Below are positions 28,130-37,124 of a stretch of 64,000 nt of DNA, piece after piece. A program made the position numbers and the translations under genes. The notes under the pieces were generated by a model. The model had not been told where the DNA came from. It did no database searches and saw only the letters and a program-made list of their open reading frames with translations. Numbering within the stretch: position 1 is the stretch's first letter; every line of letters starts with the position of its first letter. Source of the stretch: Spirochaetia bacterium (GTDB taxonomy: Bacteria; Spirochaetota; Spirochaetia; Treponematales; UBA12059). The stretch is taken from the NCBI GenBank assembly GCA_034003955.1, contig JAVEXO010000004.1, positions 4,426-68,425 on the forward strand, in the 5' to 3' direction.

Positions 28130-30478
28130 TTGCCGTATCATAGTATAGACATGGACACAAAAATCGCCAGAGACCCCATAGAAGAATTCCTCGCGGATCC
28201 TGACTTCGCGCCGTGTATAACGCATGTCAAGCGCGTAGAAGCAAGCGAAGCACTATGGGCAGATACCCCAGCTCGCCTCGATTCCAGGCTCAAGACTGCC
28301 TTGGCCTCCAGAGGCATAGACATGCTCTATAGCCATCAACGTGCCGCCTGGGACCTGGCGGAGAGCGGCCGCGACTTCCTCGTAGAGACCCCCACGGCCA
28401 GCGGAAAGAGCCTATGCTACAATCTGCCCGTGGCCCAGGCCCTTATCGATGACCCCGGAGCACGGGCCTTATACCTCTTTCCAACGAAGGCCTTGTCCCA
28501 GGACCAACAAGCCGAACTCAATGCCCTCATAGAGGCCGGCAGTCTGCCCATAAAGGCCGCGACCTACGATGGCGACACGCCCCAGTCAATACGAAAGGCA
28601 GCCCGTGACTCTGGCAGAATAGTGATAAGCAATCCTGATATGCTCCATTCTGGTGTGCTTCCCAATCATGCCAAGTGGATACAGTTTTTTGCAGGCCTAA
28701 AATATATCGTAGTAGACGAGATGCACGCCTACCGTGGTGTGTTCGGTAGCCATGTAGCCAACGTGCTGCGAAGGCTCGTGCGTATTGCCGCCTATTACGG
28801 CTCGAGCCCACGTTTCATCCTGTGCTCTGCGACAATAGGCAATCCTGCCGAGCTGGCTCAGGCCTTGACGGGCAGGCCGGTAGAGTCGATAACACAGAAT
28901 GGCGCACCCAGGGCCGAAAAGCTTGTGGCCTTCTACAATCCACCCCTCGTCGACCCTATACAGGGCATCAGGAAGAGTTCTGCCAACGAGTCTATGGCCA
29001 TTGCTGCGCGTCTTCTGGCAGCGGGTACGAGGACAATACTGTTTGCCCGCTCAAGGCTCAAGGTAGAGATACTGGCCGCCTATCTGAACAAGCATTTTGA
29101 GAACATATACACTGAAAATAGCCGGATACGAGTAGAACCCTATCGATCCGGTCTCCTGCCAAGCGAGCGCAGGCAGATAGAACGGGGGCTGCGTGATGGC
29201 AGCATCAATGGGGTTGTGTCTACCAATGCCTTGGAGCTAGGCATAGACATAGGCGGTCTCGAAGCCGCCGTCATAGCCGGCTGGCCAGGAAGCCTGGCCT
29301 CGTTTTGGCAGCAGGCAGGCAGGGCAGGGCGCAGGAAAGGCGCTTCCGTTGCCGTCTATGTGGCCTCCAGCTCGCCTGTAGACCAGTTCCTCATTGATAA
29401 TCCTGATAGATTCTTTGGCACGAAGGCGGAGAATGCCAGGATTGATCCTGATAATCCTTACATTTATACGGATCATGTAAAATGTGCAGCCTTTGAGTTG
29501 CCGTTCAAGGAGGGTGAGGTCTTTGGTCCCGAGCCGGAGGCCGTCTTGCGTTTCCTTGAAGAGGAAGGCACCGTAAGGAATACACAAGGTCGATGGTACT
29601 GGTCAGATTCTGGATATCCGGCGGAGAAGATATCGCTGAGGTCTGCTTGCGCCGATAACGTCGTTATAATAGACACAACATCGGGACGCAACGCCGTCAT
29701 AGGAGAGATGGACAGGCCAAGCGCCAAGGAGCTTGTCTTTGACGATGCCGTCTACATCCATCGCGGCAGGCAGTTTATTGTCCTAAGGCTAGACATAGAG
29801 AATCGCCAGTGTCTTGTAGAGGAACGAGAAATAAACTACTACACCGACGCCATAGTCAAGAACGACATAAAGGTTCTGTCTGAAGATGAACATGGGGGCA
29901 GTGCGGCCCTTCCTATAGTCGTGGGAGACCTCCTCGTGCGCTCCAGTGCCGAGAAGTTCAAGAAACTCAGGTTCCATACCAACGAGAATATTGGCTATGG
30001 AGAAATTTTCTTGCCTCCTGAAGAGATGCAGACCAGGGCCATGGCGATACTGTTCCCTCCTGAATGTAAGCCAGGAGCCATGTTGCAGGCCATGGAAGAG
30101 CTGGAGCGGGCGGCCAGTCTGTCGGCCGTATCAAACATCCTTAAGTCGTTAGCCCCGGTGGAACTCCTGTGTGATCGCTCTGACCTAGGTACGGCATGGC
30201 GTGTACGGGATGATCACTTCGGCGTTCCAGTCGTCTATGTCTGGGACCAATACCCCGGTGGCACCGGCTTGGCCGAGGCTCTGGCTGGCTGCCTTGGGGA
30301 TGTGCTACAGGCCGCAAGCGGAAGGCTTTCAGGCTGTGACTGCGAAAGTGGCTGCCCTTCATGCATAGGTGTGCCAGATGAAGGCTACCAGAAGACCAGA
30401 AAGAGAAAAATAAATTCCTCACTTCTCCTGGCAGTGGCCCTGGAAGCCCTGCGTGAGTCTGGCGAGGCGGGTATTTAG
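28130..30478 (+). CDS. mrfA: DEAD/DEAH-box helicase with a C-terminal DUF1998 zinc domain (MrfA/YprA-like)
   Basis: Walker A 'TPTASGKS', DExH 'VVDEMH', motif VI 'QQAGRAGRR' and a C-terminal four-Cys cluster 'CDCESGCPSC'. The start is TTG 28130 or ATG 28151. Confidence 0.8.
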   Translation: MPYHSIDMDTKIARDPIEEFLADPDFAPCITHVKRVEASEALWADTPARLDSRLKTALASRGIDMLYSHQRAAWDLAESGRDFLVETPTASGKSLCYNLPVAQALIDDPGARALYLFPTKALSQDQQAELNALIEAGSLPIKAATYDGDTPQSIRKAARDSGRIVISNPDMLHSGVLPNHAKWIQFFAGLKYIVVDEMHAYRGVFGSHVANVLRRLVRIAAYYGSSPRFILCSATIGNPAELAQALTGRPVESITQNGAPRAEKLVAFYNPPLVDPIQGIRKSSANESMAIAARLLAAGTRTILFARSRLKVEILAAYLNKHFENIYTENSRIRVEPYRSGLLPSERRQIERGLRDGSINGVVSTNALELGIDIGGLEAAVIAGWPGSLASFWQQAGRAGRRKGASVAVYVASSSPVDQFLIDNPDRFFGTKAENARIDPDNPYIYTDHVKCAAFELPFKEGEVFGPEPEAVLRFLEEEGTVRNTQGRWYWSDSGYPAEKISLRSACADNVVIIDTTSGRNAVIGEMDRPSAKELVFDDAVYIHRGRQFIVLRLDIENRQCLVEEREINYYTDAIVKNDIKVLSEDEHGGSAALPIVVGDLLVRSSAEKFKKLRFHTNENIGYGEIFLPPEEMQTRAMAILFPPECKPGAMLQAMEELERAASLSAVSNILKSLAPVELLCDRSDLGTAWRVRDDHFGVPVVYVWDQYPGGTGLAEALAGCLGDVLQAASGRLSGCDCESGCPSCIGVPDEGYQKTRKRKINSSLLLAVALEALRESGEAGI

Positions 30479-30481
30479 ACC

Positions 30482-31624
30482 GTGGGCTCTACCATGAAGG
30501 AACGCCTTGCCAGGATACGGCTAGGCTCTGGGGCTCTTGGGTCGGTTTCCAGAAGCCTGCCATTGAAACGAACAGTACCGGTCGATTTTCCTTCTGGATG
30601 GAACATGATAGAGCATGGGCTTAGATTCAAAGAAACCATCGCCATGGAGCCTGCCAAGGCGCATGGAGAATCCATGCGCCTTGGCAGGTTTACCACCAGG
30701 GCCCCTGAGACTGGGATTAACCTTAAAGACATTGTATTCTTCGATCTGGAGACGACAGGCTTGTCTGGAGGTACCGGAACCTTAGCCTTCCTCGCGGCGC
30801 TTGGAGCGTTCATGCCCGATGGAAGATTTGCAGTACGGCAATACTTCATAGACGACTATCCTGCCGAGACTGCCTTCCTTGAGCGTCTCGATGCCGAATT
30901 CTCAAAGGCATCCGCCGTCATAAGCTACAACGGAGCCTCATTCGATATGCCCTTGTATTCGGTGCGCAGGATAATGAATGGCTTGGGAGCCCCACCCATG
31001 ATTGTCCATGTAGATGTCATCCATGCAGCACGGCGGCTGTGGAGGCACACGCTAGGAAATTGTTCCCTTGGCAATCTTGAATCGACGGTGCTTGGGCTCA
31101 GGCGATCCGGCGATATTTCAGGCTCTGAGGTGCCGGCCGTCTGGTTCGACTTCCTGAAGCATGGCTGTAGCGATAGACTGCATGCTGTGTTTAGCCATAA
31201 CGAACAAGATGTGCGTTCCCTGGCCGCATTGTTCCTGCTTATATACGCTGGCATAGCAGGCGGTGAAACCATTCCCTGCCAAGATCCAGTAGGTCTTGCC
31301 GCTCTGCAGGCAAGGCTTGATCATGGTATGGCTGAAAAAACCCTTCTTACAGCTCTTGCAGCGGGAAATGTTAGGGCGGTTAGGCCCCTGATGCGGCTCT
31401 ATAGGGTGCAGGGGCAGCTGTTGCAGCGAATGGCCTTGATACCACTCTTGCCCGATGACCCGGCCGGCCTATTCTCAAAATCTGTGTATGCCGAGAGGAT
31501 TCTCGGTGACCTGACAGCATCGAAGAGCCTTGTAGATGCGGCCATTCTTTCTGCTGCTGGTGTGCTCAAGGAGAGGGCCCAGAAACGATCGGCACGGCTG
31601 GATAGAAAACTACGAGGCTTGTAG
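30482..31624 (+). CDS. mrfB: RNase H-like DEDD 3'-5' exonuclease (MrfB/YprB-like)
   Basis: 'IVFFDLETTGL', 'SYNGASFDMP' and 'HNEQDVRSL' are DEDDh motifs. Begins 4 nt after the helicase stop. The start is GTG 30482 or ATG 30494. Confidence 0.7.
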   Translation: MGSTMKERLARIRLGSGALGSVSRSLPLKRTVPVDFPSGWNMIEHGLRFKETIAMEPAKAHGESMRLGRFTTRAPETGINLKDIVFFDLETTGLSGGTGTLAFLAALGAFMPDGRFAVRQYFIDDYPAETAFLERLDAEFSKASAVISYNGASFDMPLYSVRRIMNGLGAPPMIVHVDVIHAARRLWRHTLGNCSLGNLESTVLGLRRSGDISGSEVPAVWFDFLKHGCSDRLHAVFSHNEQDVRSLAALFLLIYAGIAGGETIPCQDPVGLAALQARLDHGMAEKTLLTALAAGNVRAVRPLMRLYRVQGQLLQRMALIPLLPDDPAGLFSKSVYAERILGDLTASKSLVDAAILSAAGVLKERAQKRSARLDRKLRGL

Positions 31625-31637
31625 TCGATGGCTGGAA

Positions 31638-32690
31638 CTAGTCTTCAGACGCGGAGTCGGCGCTCAGGGTGTCGCCTAGCTGGCCACAGGCGCCCGAGAC
31701 TCCTCTGCCACGTCGAGCGCGCCTTACGGTATTGATGCCTCGTCGTTCAAGCTCTGCCTCGAAGGCGGCGACCTCTCCAGGGGCAGGCTCCCGGTATGGC
31801 AATCCAGGGACTGGATTCCATGGTATGAGGTTGACTTGCACCTTAAGAGAACCTATCCAGCTGGCCATGGCCTCTGCGCTGGCTCTATCGGAGTTCTCTC
31901 CACCCATTATGGCGGCTTCCAGGGTTATCCTGTCTCCAGTCTTCTCCTGATAGTACGCAAGCGCCGATTTAAGTTGTGCCAGATTCCAGGTCTTGTTGAC
32001 AGGCATGAGGGCGCTTCGCAGCTCGTCCCTGGCCGCAGTCAGAGACAGCGCTAGTCTCACATGAGGCCCCTTGTCTGCCAGATCCCGTATGCCTGGAACG
32101 ACTCCACATGTTGAAATGGTTATCTTTCGCCTTGATATTGCCATGCCGTCAGGGTGAGTAAAGATGACTATTGATTTCCTGAGCGCATCTATGTTGTCGA
32201 GAGGTTCCCCCATGCCCATGAATACAATATTGGAAGGGCGTCCGCGTATGGCACTCAGATGCAGGAACTGTTCAACTATCTCATCGGCACCCAGATTTCT
32301 AAGGAATCCAAGCGTACCGGTCTTGCAGAATGCGCATCCCATGGGACAGCCGACCTGGGTAGAAAGGCAGGCGGTCATCCTGTCTTCTACGTCCACGAGC
32401 AGTACGGACTCTATGGCGGCTCCGTCCTCAAGACGTATCTTCAGCTTGACCGAGCCGTCATCGCCCTCTATCGATTCGGCGACACTGCTGGTGTATAGGC
32501 GCTGTGTCGACAGGCGTTCCCTGTCATCTGCCGACAGATTGCTCATGTCAGCGTAGGAAGCGACTCCGTGGGAGATCCAGGAAAACACCTGTTTACCTCG
32601 AAAAGAAGGACTCAGGGCCAGGCGCAGAGCCAGTTCCTCAGGCAGAAGGCCTGCAGGCCCTATGTCTCGAATGGAACGCTTAGGGCTCAC
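31638..32690 (-). CDS. rlmN: 23S rRNA/tRNA adenine-C2 methyltransferase RlmN (radical SAM)
   Basis: 'STQVGCPMGCAFCKTG' radical-SAM cluster, 'MGMGEPL' and the C-terminal 'ACGQL'. Confidence 0.9.
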   Translation of the reverse strand: MSPKRSIRDIGPAGLLPEELALRLALSPSFRGKQVFSWISHGVASYADMSNLSADDRERLSTQRLYTSSVAESIEGDDGSVKLKIRLEDGAAIESVLLVDVEDRMTACLSTQVGCPMGCAFCKTGTLGFLRNLGADEIVEQFLHLSAIRGRPSNIVFMGMGEPLDNIDALRKSIVIFTHPDGMAISRRKITISTCGVVPGIRDLADKGPHVRLALSLTAARDELRSALMPVNKTWNLAQLKSALAYYQEKTGDRITLEAAIMGGENSDRASAEAMASWIGSLKVQVNLIPWNPVPGLPYREPAPGEVAAFEAELERRGINTVRRARRGRGVSGACGQLGDTLSADSASED

Positions 32691-33829
32691 GTATTCTGTA
32701 TCGAGGCCAAGAGTTCCTGGATATGTGGATTGCGTATGCCCAGGCGCATAAACTCCTGGAGGGTTTCCTCTGCCTTACGCTTTTCTCCCGTAGCCAGATA
32801 ACATTCCGCTAATTCCAGGTGCAAGCGGTAGTTCTTGGCATCGTTCTGAACCAGGCGCTTGAGAGATTCTATGGCATCCTGAACCTTGCCCTGGAGCCTG
32901 GATATGGTTGCCAAGCCAAGCACGGCGTACACATCAAATTCTATGTTTAAAGCACGCTCATAATAGTCTGTTGCTTCATCAAAACGATCCATGCTTCTGT
33001 AGGCATCGCCGGCTCGCGTCAGGATGACCTTGTTCTTTGAATCCTTGTTGAGAATGAGGTTCCAGTAATCGAGGGAACGCTGTGGTTCTCCGGTACCCCG
33101 GTAACAGTCGGCTAAACCAAAGAGGGCGTAGAAGTTGTCGGGTTCCTTATGGAGTGCCTTCTCGAAGTAGGGTACTCCATGGTCGAATTGCTTTAGCTTA
33201 CGATAGCAGTTCCCGATTGAGGTAAGAACCCTGATATCTACAGAGTCGCCTTGAGCGTCTACCATACGCTGCCAATAATGGAGTGCGTCCTTGTATTCCT
33301 TGAAATCGTAGTGGAGATGGCCGAGACCGATGAGGGCATAGGGGTTGTCGAACTCCATTTCAAGGACCCTGAGGTAAATGGCCTTTGATTTCCTGAAATC
33401 TCTAACCTTGCGGTAGGCATCGGCTATTCGGGTCAGAACGGTGATGTTCTTGCTATCATGAAGCAGGTACTGTTCCCATATCTCTATAGCCTTCTGGTAC
33501 TGGTTAAGGGCCTTGTAGCAGTCCGCCAGGCCAAACAGGGCATAGTTGTTACCAGGATGGTAGACAAGACATTTCTTGTAGTAATCTACCGCATCGCGAT
33601 ACGCAGAGCGTTTCCTGGCGGCATCTCCGAGACCTACGAGAGCGTAGTTATTCTCTGGGTCGTTTTCTAAAATAGTCTTGAAATTATTTTCAGCCTCGCC
33701 TAGGCGATTTTCTTTGAGATACTGATATCCCTTCTTTGAAAGATCGGCAATCTCAAGGAGATCATTGTCTTCCTGTGCAGGATTGCCATCTTCAAGAGGG
33801 TTGTTGTTGTTTTTTATATCGTCGCTCAT
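32687..33829 (-). CDS. Tetratricopeptide-repeat protein (about 10 TPRs)
   Basis: Regular 34-aa periodicity with 'A..Y...L...P.N..AL.GLG' units throughout. Overlaps rlmN and the upstream ORF by 4 nt and 1 nt. Confidence 0.75.
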   Translation of the reverse strand: MSDDIKNNNNPLEDGNPAQEDNDLLEIADLSKKGYQYLKENRLGEAENNFKTILENDPENNYALVGLGDAARKRSAYRDAVDYYKKCLVYHPGNNYALFGLADCYKALNQYQKAIEIWEQYLLHDSKNITVLTRIADAYRKVRDFRKSKAIYLRVLEMEFDNPYALIGLGHLHYDFKEYKDALHYWQRMVDAQGDSVDIRVLTSIGNCYRKLKQFDHGVPYFEKALHKEPDNFYALFGLADCYRGTGEPQRSLDYWNLILNKDSKNKVILTRAGDAYRSMDRFDEATDYYERALNIEFDVYAVLGLATISRLQGKVQDAIESLKRLVQNDAKNYRLHLELAECYLATGEKRKAEETLQEFMRLGIRNPHIQELLASIQNT

Positions 33830-34164
33830 TATTCTTCCTTCTCGTTTAGCATTTCTCTCACGGCAAATGCGGCTTTCTCTATCAAGGCAGCGCTCCTGAC
33901 AGTATCGTGAGATAGTTTAAACATCTTAAGCGCGTCTATTGGCCGTCCCGTGCCTAGATAGGATTCACCGACACGCATCAAGCCATCAGAATACCCCGTT
34001 GTCTGGAAAATACGTCGGGCAGATTCCACATCCCCGTTGTTAAACAAGACATTCCCTCGACGATTGAGCTGAACCTTTTGTTCAGAAGACAGTTCGCCAT
34101 TAGGCTCGTCTACAGTCTTTATCAGTCCGCCATCAGGGAATTTTTCAAATAGCTTCTCGGTCAT
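33829..34164 (-). CDS. Hypothetical protein (111 aa, single TPR-like motif)
   Basis: ORF coupled to the TPR gene. 'GDVESARRIFQTTGYSDGLMRVGESYL' is TPR/Sel1-like. No function assigned. Confidence 0.5.
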   Translation of the reverse strand: MTEKLFEKFPDGGLIKTVDEPNGELSSEQKVQLNRRGNVLFNNGDVESARRIFQTTGYSDGLMRVGESYLGTGRPIDALKMFKLSHDTVRSAALIEKAAFAVREMLNEKEE

Positions 34165-34253
34165 TATGACTCCACAACTAGAATATAGACAACATCAATA
34201 AAATAATCAATTCAAGCTAAGTTACAGGAAGCCAATGTTTTTATTAAAGCTCG

Positions 34254-34262
34254 TGGTATACT
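34254..34262 (+). promoter_or_regulatory. Candidate extended -10 element (TGgTATACT)
   Basis: Read directly in an AT-rich tract, about 67 nt upstream of the ATG at 34329. Confidence 0.3.
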
Positions 34263-34328
34263 TAATAATAGACACGACATCACGGTTGGCGGAGACGCTT
34301 GGCGACACCGCGGGGAGGAGAGAGCTCG

Positions 34329-34496
34329 ATGGTATTTGAAGAGCTCGGACTCGAGCCTTTCGATTCTACAACAGCGGACGATATATACCCGGCTCTCACG
34401 AGCTTGCGACGTGAGGAAAACGAGGTTCTAGATGGAACAACCCTCAACTCGCTTGATAAAAGGCTCTCCAGGATCGTCAGATTGCTTGATAGATAG
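34329..34496 (+). CDS. Candidate small protein (55 aa), unannotated-type sORF
   Basis: GGAGGAG at 34314-34320 lies 8 nt before the ATG. Translation: MVFEELGLEPFDSTTADDIYPALTSLRREENEVLDGTTLNSLDKRLSRIVRLLDR. The opposite-strand ORF is Ser-rich and looks like an artefact. Confidence 0.35.
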   Translation: MVFEELGLEPFDSTTADDIYPALTSLRREENEVLDGTTLNSLDKRLSRIVRLLDR

Positions 34497-34509
34497 GCCA
34501 TATTGCCGT

Positions 34510-35061
34510 TTATTCGGCTAGCCGGCAGTAGAATCTGACTATTGACCTGCCGTAGGCGCGTTCGTCACAGACACGGAGTGTACCATGCTCGTTAGGCATG
34601 GCTTCCTCCTTGGGGTAGTGAATCAAGAGCCTCCCTCCCTGTTCCAGTAGGCCTTGCTCCGCGATGGATCGTATGATTTCTTGTTTATGGGCGTATGGAA
34701 AAGGTGGATCGCAAAAAATCACAGAAAAGCTTCGTTCACAGCGTAGTATGAAACGCTCGACGGGTACGCAGTGACAGTCTATGCGCACAGAGGCCATGGA
34801 CACATTCTGTATGAGCAGGCCAAGTTTGGCACGGTCACGTTCTACGCAGGATACGTCGCTGGCTCCGCGGCTAGCCGCCTCTATGGCCATGATGCCCGAA
34901 CCTGAAAAAAGATCAAGGAAAGAAAGACCACCGAGCGGGCCCAGGATTGAAAAGAGAGACTCCCGCATCCTGTCCATGGCCGGTCGTATCTCCAGGTCTC
35001 CCTTTGGAACCTCTATCCTGCGACCCTTGAGGGTGCCACCGGTGACTCGCAACCCACCCAT
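34510..35061 (-). CDS. rsmD: 16S rRNA (guanine966-N2)-methyltransferase RsmD
   Basis: 'LDLFSGSGIMAIEAASRGA' SAM motif and the 'FCDPPFPY' (DPPY-type) motif. Confidence 0.8.
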   Translation of the reverse strand: MGGLRVTGGTLKGRRIEVPKGDLEIRPAMDRMRESLFSILGPLGGLSFLDLFSGSGIMAIEAASRGASDVSCVERDRAKLGLLIQNVSMASVRIDCHCVPVERFILRCERSFSVIFCDPPFPYAHKQEIIRSIAEQGLLEQGGRLLIHYPKEEAMPNEHGTLRVCDERAYGRSIVRFYCRLAE

Positions 35062-35063
35062 AG

Positions 35064-35522
35064 TCAGTGCTGTCTATCCCGGAACTCGCGCTGAATATCG
35101 CGCTGGACGTCGCGTTCCTTTATGGCTTCCCTCTTGTCGGAGAATTTCTTGCCCCTGCACAGTCCAAGCTCTACCTTGACTCGGCCCTTCCTGAAGTGAA
35201 AGTCGAGAGGAATAAGGGTGTACCCCTTGTCATTGACTCGACGTTCAAGGCGCTTTAGCTCCTGGGCGTGAGCCAGGAGTTTCTTGGGCCGGTCGGGGTC
35301 ATGATTGAATATGGAACTGCAGGTGTACTCGGCTATGTGTACATTTTTTAGCCAGAGCTCGCCCTTGTCGAAGGCCGCATATCCATCGGGGAACGAGACC
35401 CTGCCTGAGCGCAGGGATTTTACCTCCGAACCCTGAAGCTCTACACCGCATTCAAGGCTCTCCTCTATCGTATAATCGAAACGCGCCCTTCTGTTGAGCG
35501 CTATTATCTTTATACCGTCCAT
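35064..35522 (-). CDS. smpB: SsrA-binding protein SmpB
   Basis: 'NRRARFDY', 'GSEVKSLR' and 'LIPL...KVELGLCRGKK..DKRE' are typical of SmpB. Confidence 0.9.
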   Translation of the reverse strand: MDGIKIIALNRRARFDYTIEESLECGVELQGSEVKSLRSGRVSFPDGYAAFDKGELWLKNVHIAEYTCSSIFNHDPDRPKKLLAHAQELKRLERRVNDKGYTLIPLDFHFRKGRVKVELGLCRGKKFSDKREAIKERDVQRDIQREFRDRQH

Positions 35523-35523
35523 G

Positions 35524-37095
35524 TTACTCCGAATCCTCTACTAGAACAATCCTGAAGCCCAGGTGAGCCGAGCACTCAGTCTCACGCATGGCGCCACGGG
35601 AAGTCAGGTTTACAAGATCCTGGCGGTTTGCCCAGCATCCCCCTCTGACGACGGCTTCTTCGGAGGGGTAGAGTTCTCTGCCAAAACTGCCCGCAGCCGG
35701 GTTGGTGGCATACGAGTCCAGGCACCATTCCCATACATTTCCTAGCATGCCCTTGAGGCCGGCGGCATCATAGGGTAGGCGGATGGGAGCCACAGGTCCT
35801 GTCCTGCCGTCGTTGGCCAGTATCGCGCCTTTTGAGGCCGATGCACCTGACGCCGCCGCGGCCAGGGCCCATTGGGCCTCGCTTGGCAAGGTGAATCGAT
35901 AGCCTTTGGGAGCCTGTCTGCTTAGCCATGCACAGTAGGCCATGGCTGCAGGGCGGGATACATAGCGCAGTACATCCTCGTCATCTGCCTCATTGAAACC
36001 CTTAAGATACAAGGAATCTGCCAGGCCGGAGGCGTTGAGGTTCTGTACAGCCTCCGCTCTCCATTCAGGGTGGGCGGCAACGAAGCGTCTGAATTGTCCG
36101 ACGGTAGTTTCTGAGGATGCTATCAAGTATGATGCGAGCGGGACCCTGACTGGCAAGGAGGCTCCTGCCTTTATGACAGAAAATCCTGGCTCTATACGCA
36201 GGAATTCTTCACCGGCTATGAACGAAGATGGACCTGTTGTGGGTTTCGTCTCCACCATGGATCGCGCCTGCTCAAGTATGGCCTTATATGCAGGCATTGC
36301 CTCAAGCGTCTTCCGTAGCGACTCCGGAGCCAGGCTCGCCAGCACCGCGATGGAACCAGGCTCTCTAGACAGCTCGGTTTCCAGTGTCTTTACAATCCTG
36401 CCAAGCGTGAGTGGCGTCAGGCTTGCCGATTTGCCGTATGCAATGGCCGTAGCCCGTATGCCGTCACGAAGCGAGGGGGCGTTGGCGCTGTATGACAAGG
36501 CGGCACCTGCCAGACCTTCGCTATCCATGGTCTCAGGATGTGTGCTGGCGGCTATTGCAGCCTCGGATAGAACCATGGGTAGTTGATATGATTCACTCGG
36601 CGTGCCTGCAAGAGCCCAGGCCGCGTAGGCCTTCATGCCGTCAGCCAGAATAGACGCATCAGGCTTCTGCTCCAAGGCTGTTGTTAGGCTTGTTCGTGGC
36701 TTTACAAAGAGCGTGCCTATGAAACGGCCCTTGACGCTTATTGATCGCTCGTAGACCTGGAATCCTGGCCGTTCTATCCTTATTGATTTATCGCCGTTAG
36801 CCACAAAGACATCACAGGGTGCGCTGCCTTTATAGACATCGTCTATGTACACGGCGGATCCAGGGGGGTCGATGATGAAGGAGAACGTGACGCCTGGACG
36901 CCGCAAGCCAGGATACAGGAGGAGGAGCGCCGCTAGAATCAAAACGGCGGCTCCGTAGAGCCCTGCGAGGTAGACTCGGGGTGTGATGCCGAGTATTGAT
37001 TTCAGACGGACAGAGGCTTCGTCGATATCATGCTGGGTTATCATCTTATCGTCGTTCATCGCGGGATTATATGAGCCGGTGGCGAGGCTTGTCAA
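35524..37095 (-). CDS. Membrane-anchored PEGA-domain protein with a C-terminal formylglycine-generating-enzyme (SUMF1/FGE)-like domain
   Basis: TM helix 'LAGLYGAAVLILAALLLL'. PEGA-like 'VYIDDVYKGSAPCDVFV...IRIERPGF'. C-terminal 'YRFTLPSEAQWALAA...GNVWEWCLD...VVRGGCW...HLGFRIV'. The start is uncertain (ATGs at 37095, 37059, 37044). Confidence 0.7.
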   Translation of the reverse strand: MTSLATGSYNPAMNDDKMITQHDIDEASVRLKSILGITPRVYLAGLYGAAVLILAALLLLYPGLRRPGVTFSFIIDPPGSAVYIDDVYKGSAPCDVFVANGDKSIRIERPGFQVYERSISVKGRFIGTLFVKPRTSLTTALEQKPDASILADGMKAYAAWALAGTPSESYQLPMVLSEAAIAASTHPETMDSEGLAGAALSYSANAPSLRDGIRATAIAYGKSASLTPLTLGRIVKTLETELSREPGSIAVLASLAPESLRKTLEAMPAYKAILEQARSMVETKPTTGPSSFIAGEEFLRIEPGFSVIKAGASLPVRVPLASYLIASSETTVGQFRRFVAAHPEWRAEAVQNLNASGLADSLYLKGFNEADDEDVLRYVSRPAAMAYCAWLSRQAPKGYRFTLPSEAQWALAAAASGASASKGAILANDGRTGPVAPIRLPYDAAGLKGMLGNVWEWCLDSYATNPAAGSFGRELYPSEEAVVRGGCWANRQDLVNLTSRGAMRETECSAHLGFRIVLVEDSE

Positions 37096-37124
37096 CGCGA
37101 CTGAAAGATGGTAGCCTCATTGCG

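Noticed and set aside
28130-31624. Helicase-nuclease pair as a phage-defence island (DISARM/Druantia-like)
   Set aside because: The sizes, motifs and two-gene layout fit MrfA/MrfB (YprA/YprB). There is no methyltransferase, PLD or other defence gene, and the flanks are core metabolism and rRNA-modification genes.
34280-34501. 73-aa minus-strand ORF in the rsmD-upstream gap
   Set aside because: It is Ser-rich and has no SD. The plus-strand 55-aa frame has far better translation signals. Neither is proven.
34165-35522. tmRNA (ssrA) expected near smpB
   Set aside because: There is no tRNA-Ala-like 3' end (…GGUUCGA.UCC…CCACCA) or GGGG-5' acceptor half in the flanking gaps. ssrA is evidently elsewhere.
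35524-35700. Possible diversity-generating retroelement variable region in the FGE/C-type-lectin-like C-terminus
   Set aside because: No reverse transcriptase ORF and no obvious second copy (template repeat) of this segment could be seen in the window. I cannot exclude a distal TR/RT without a genome-wide search.
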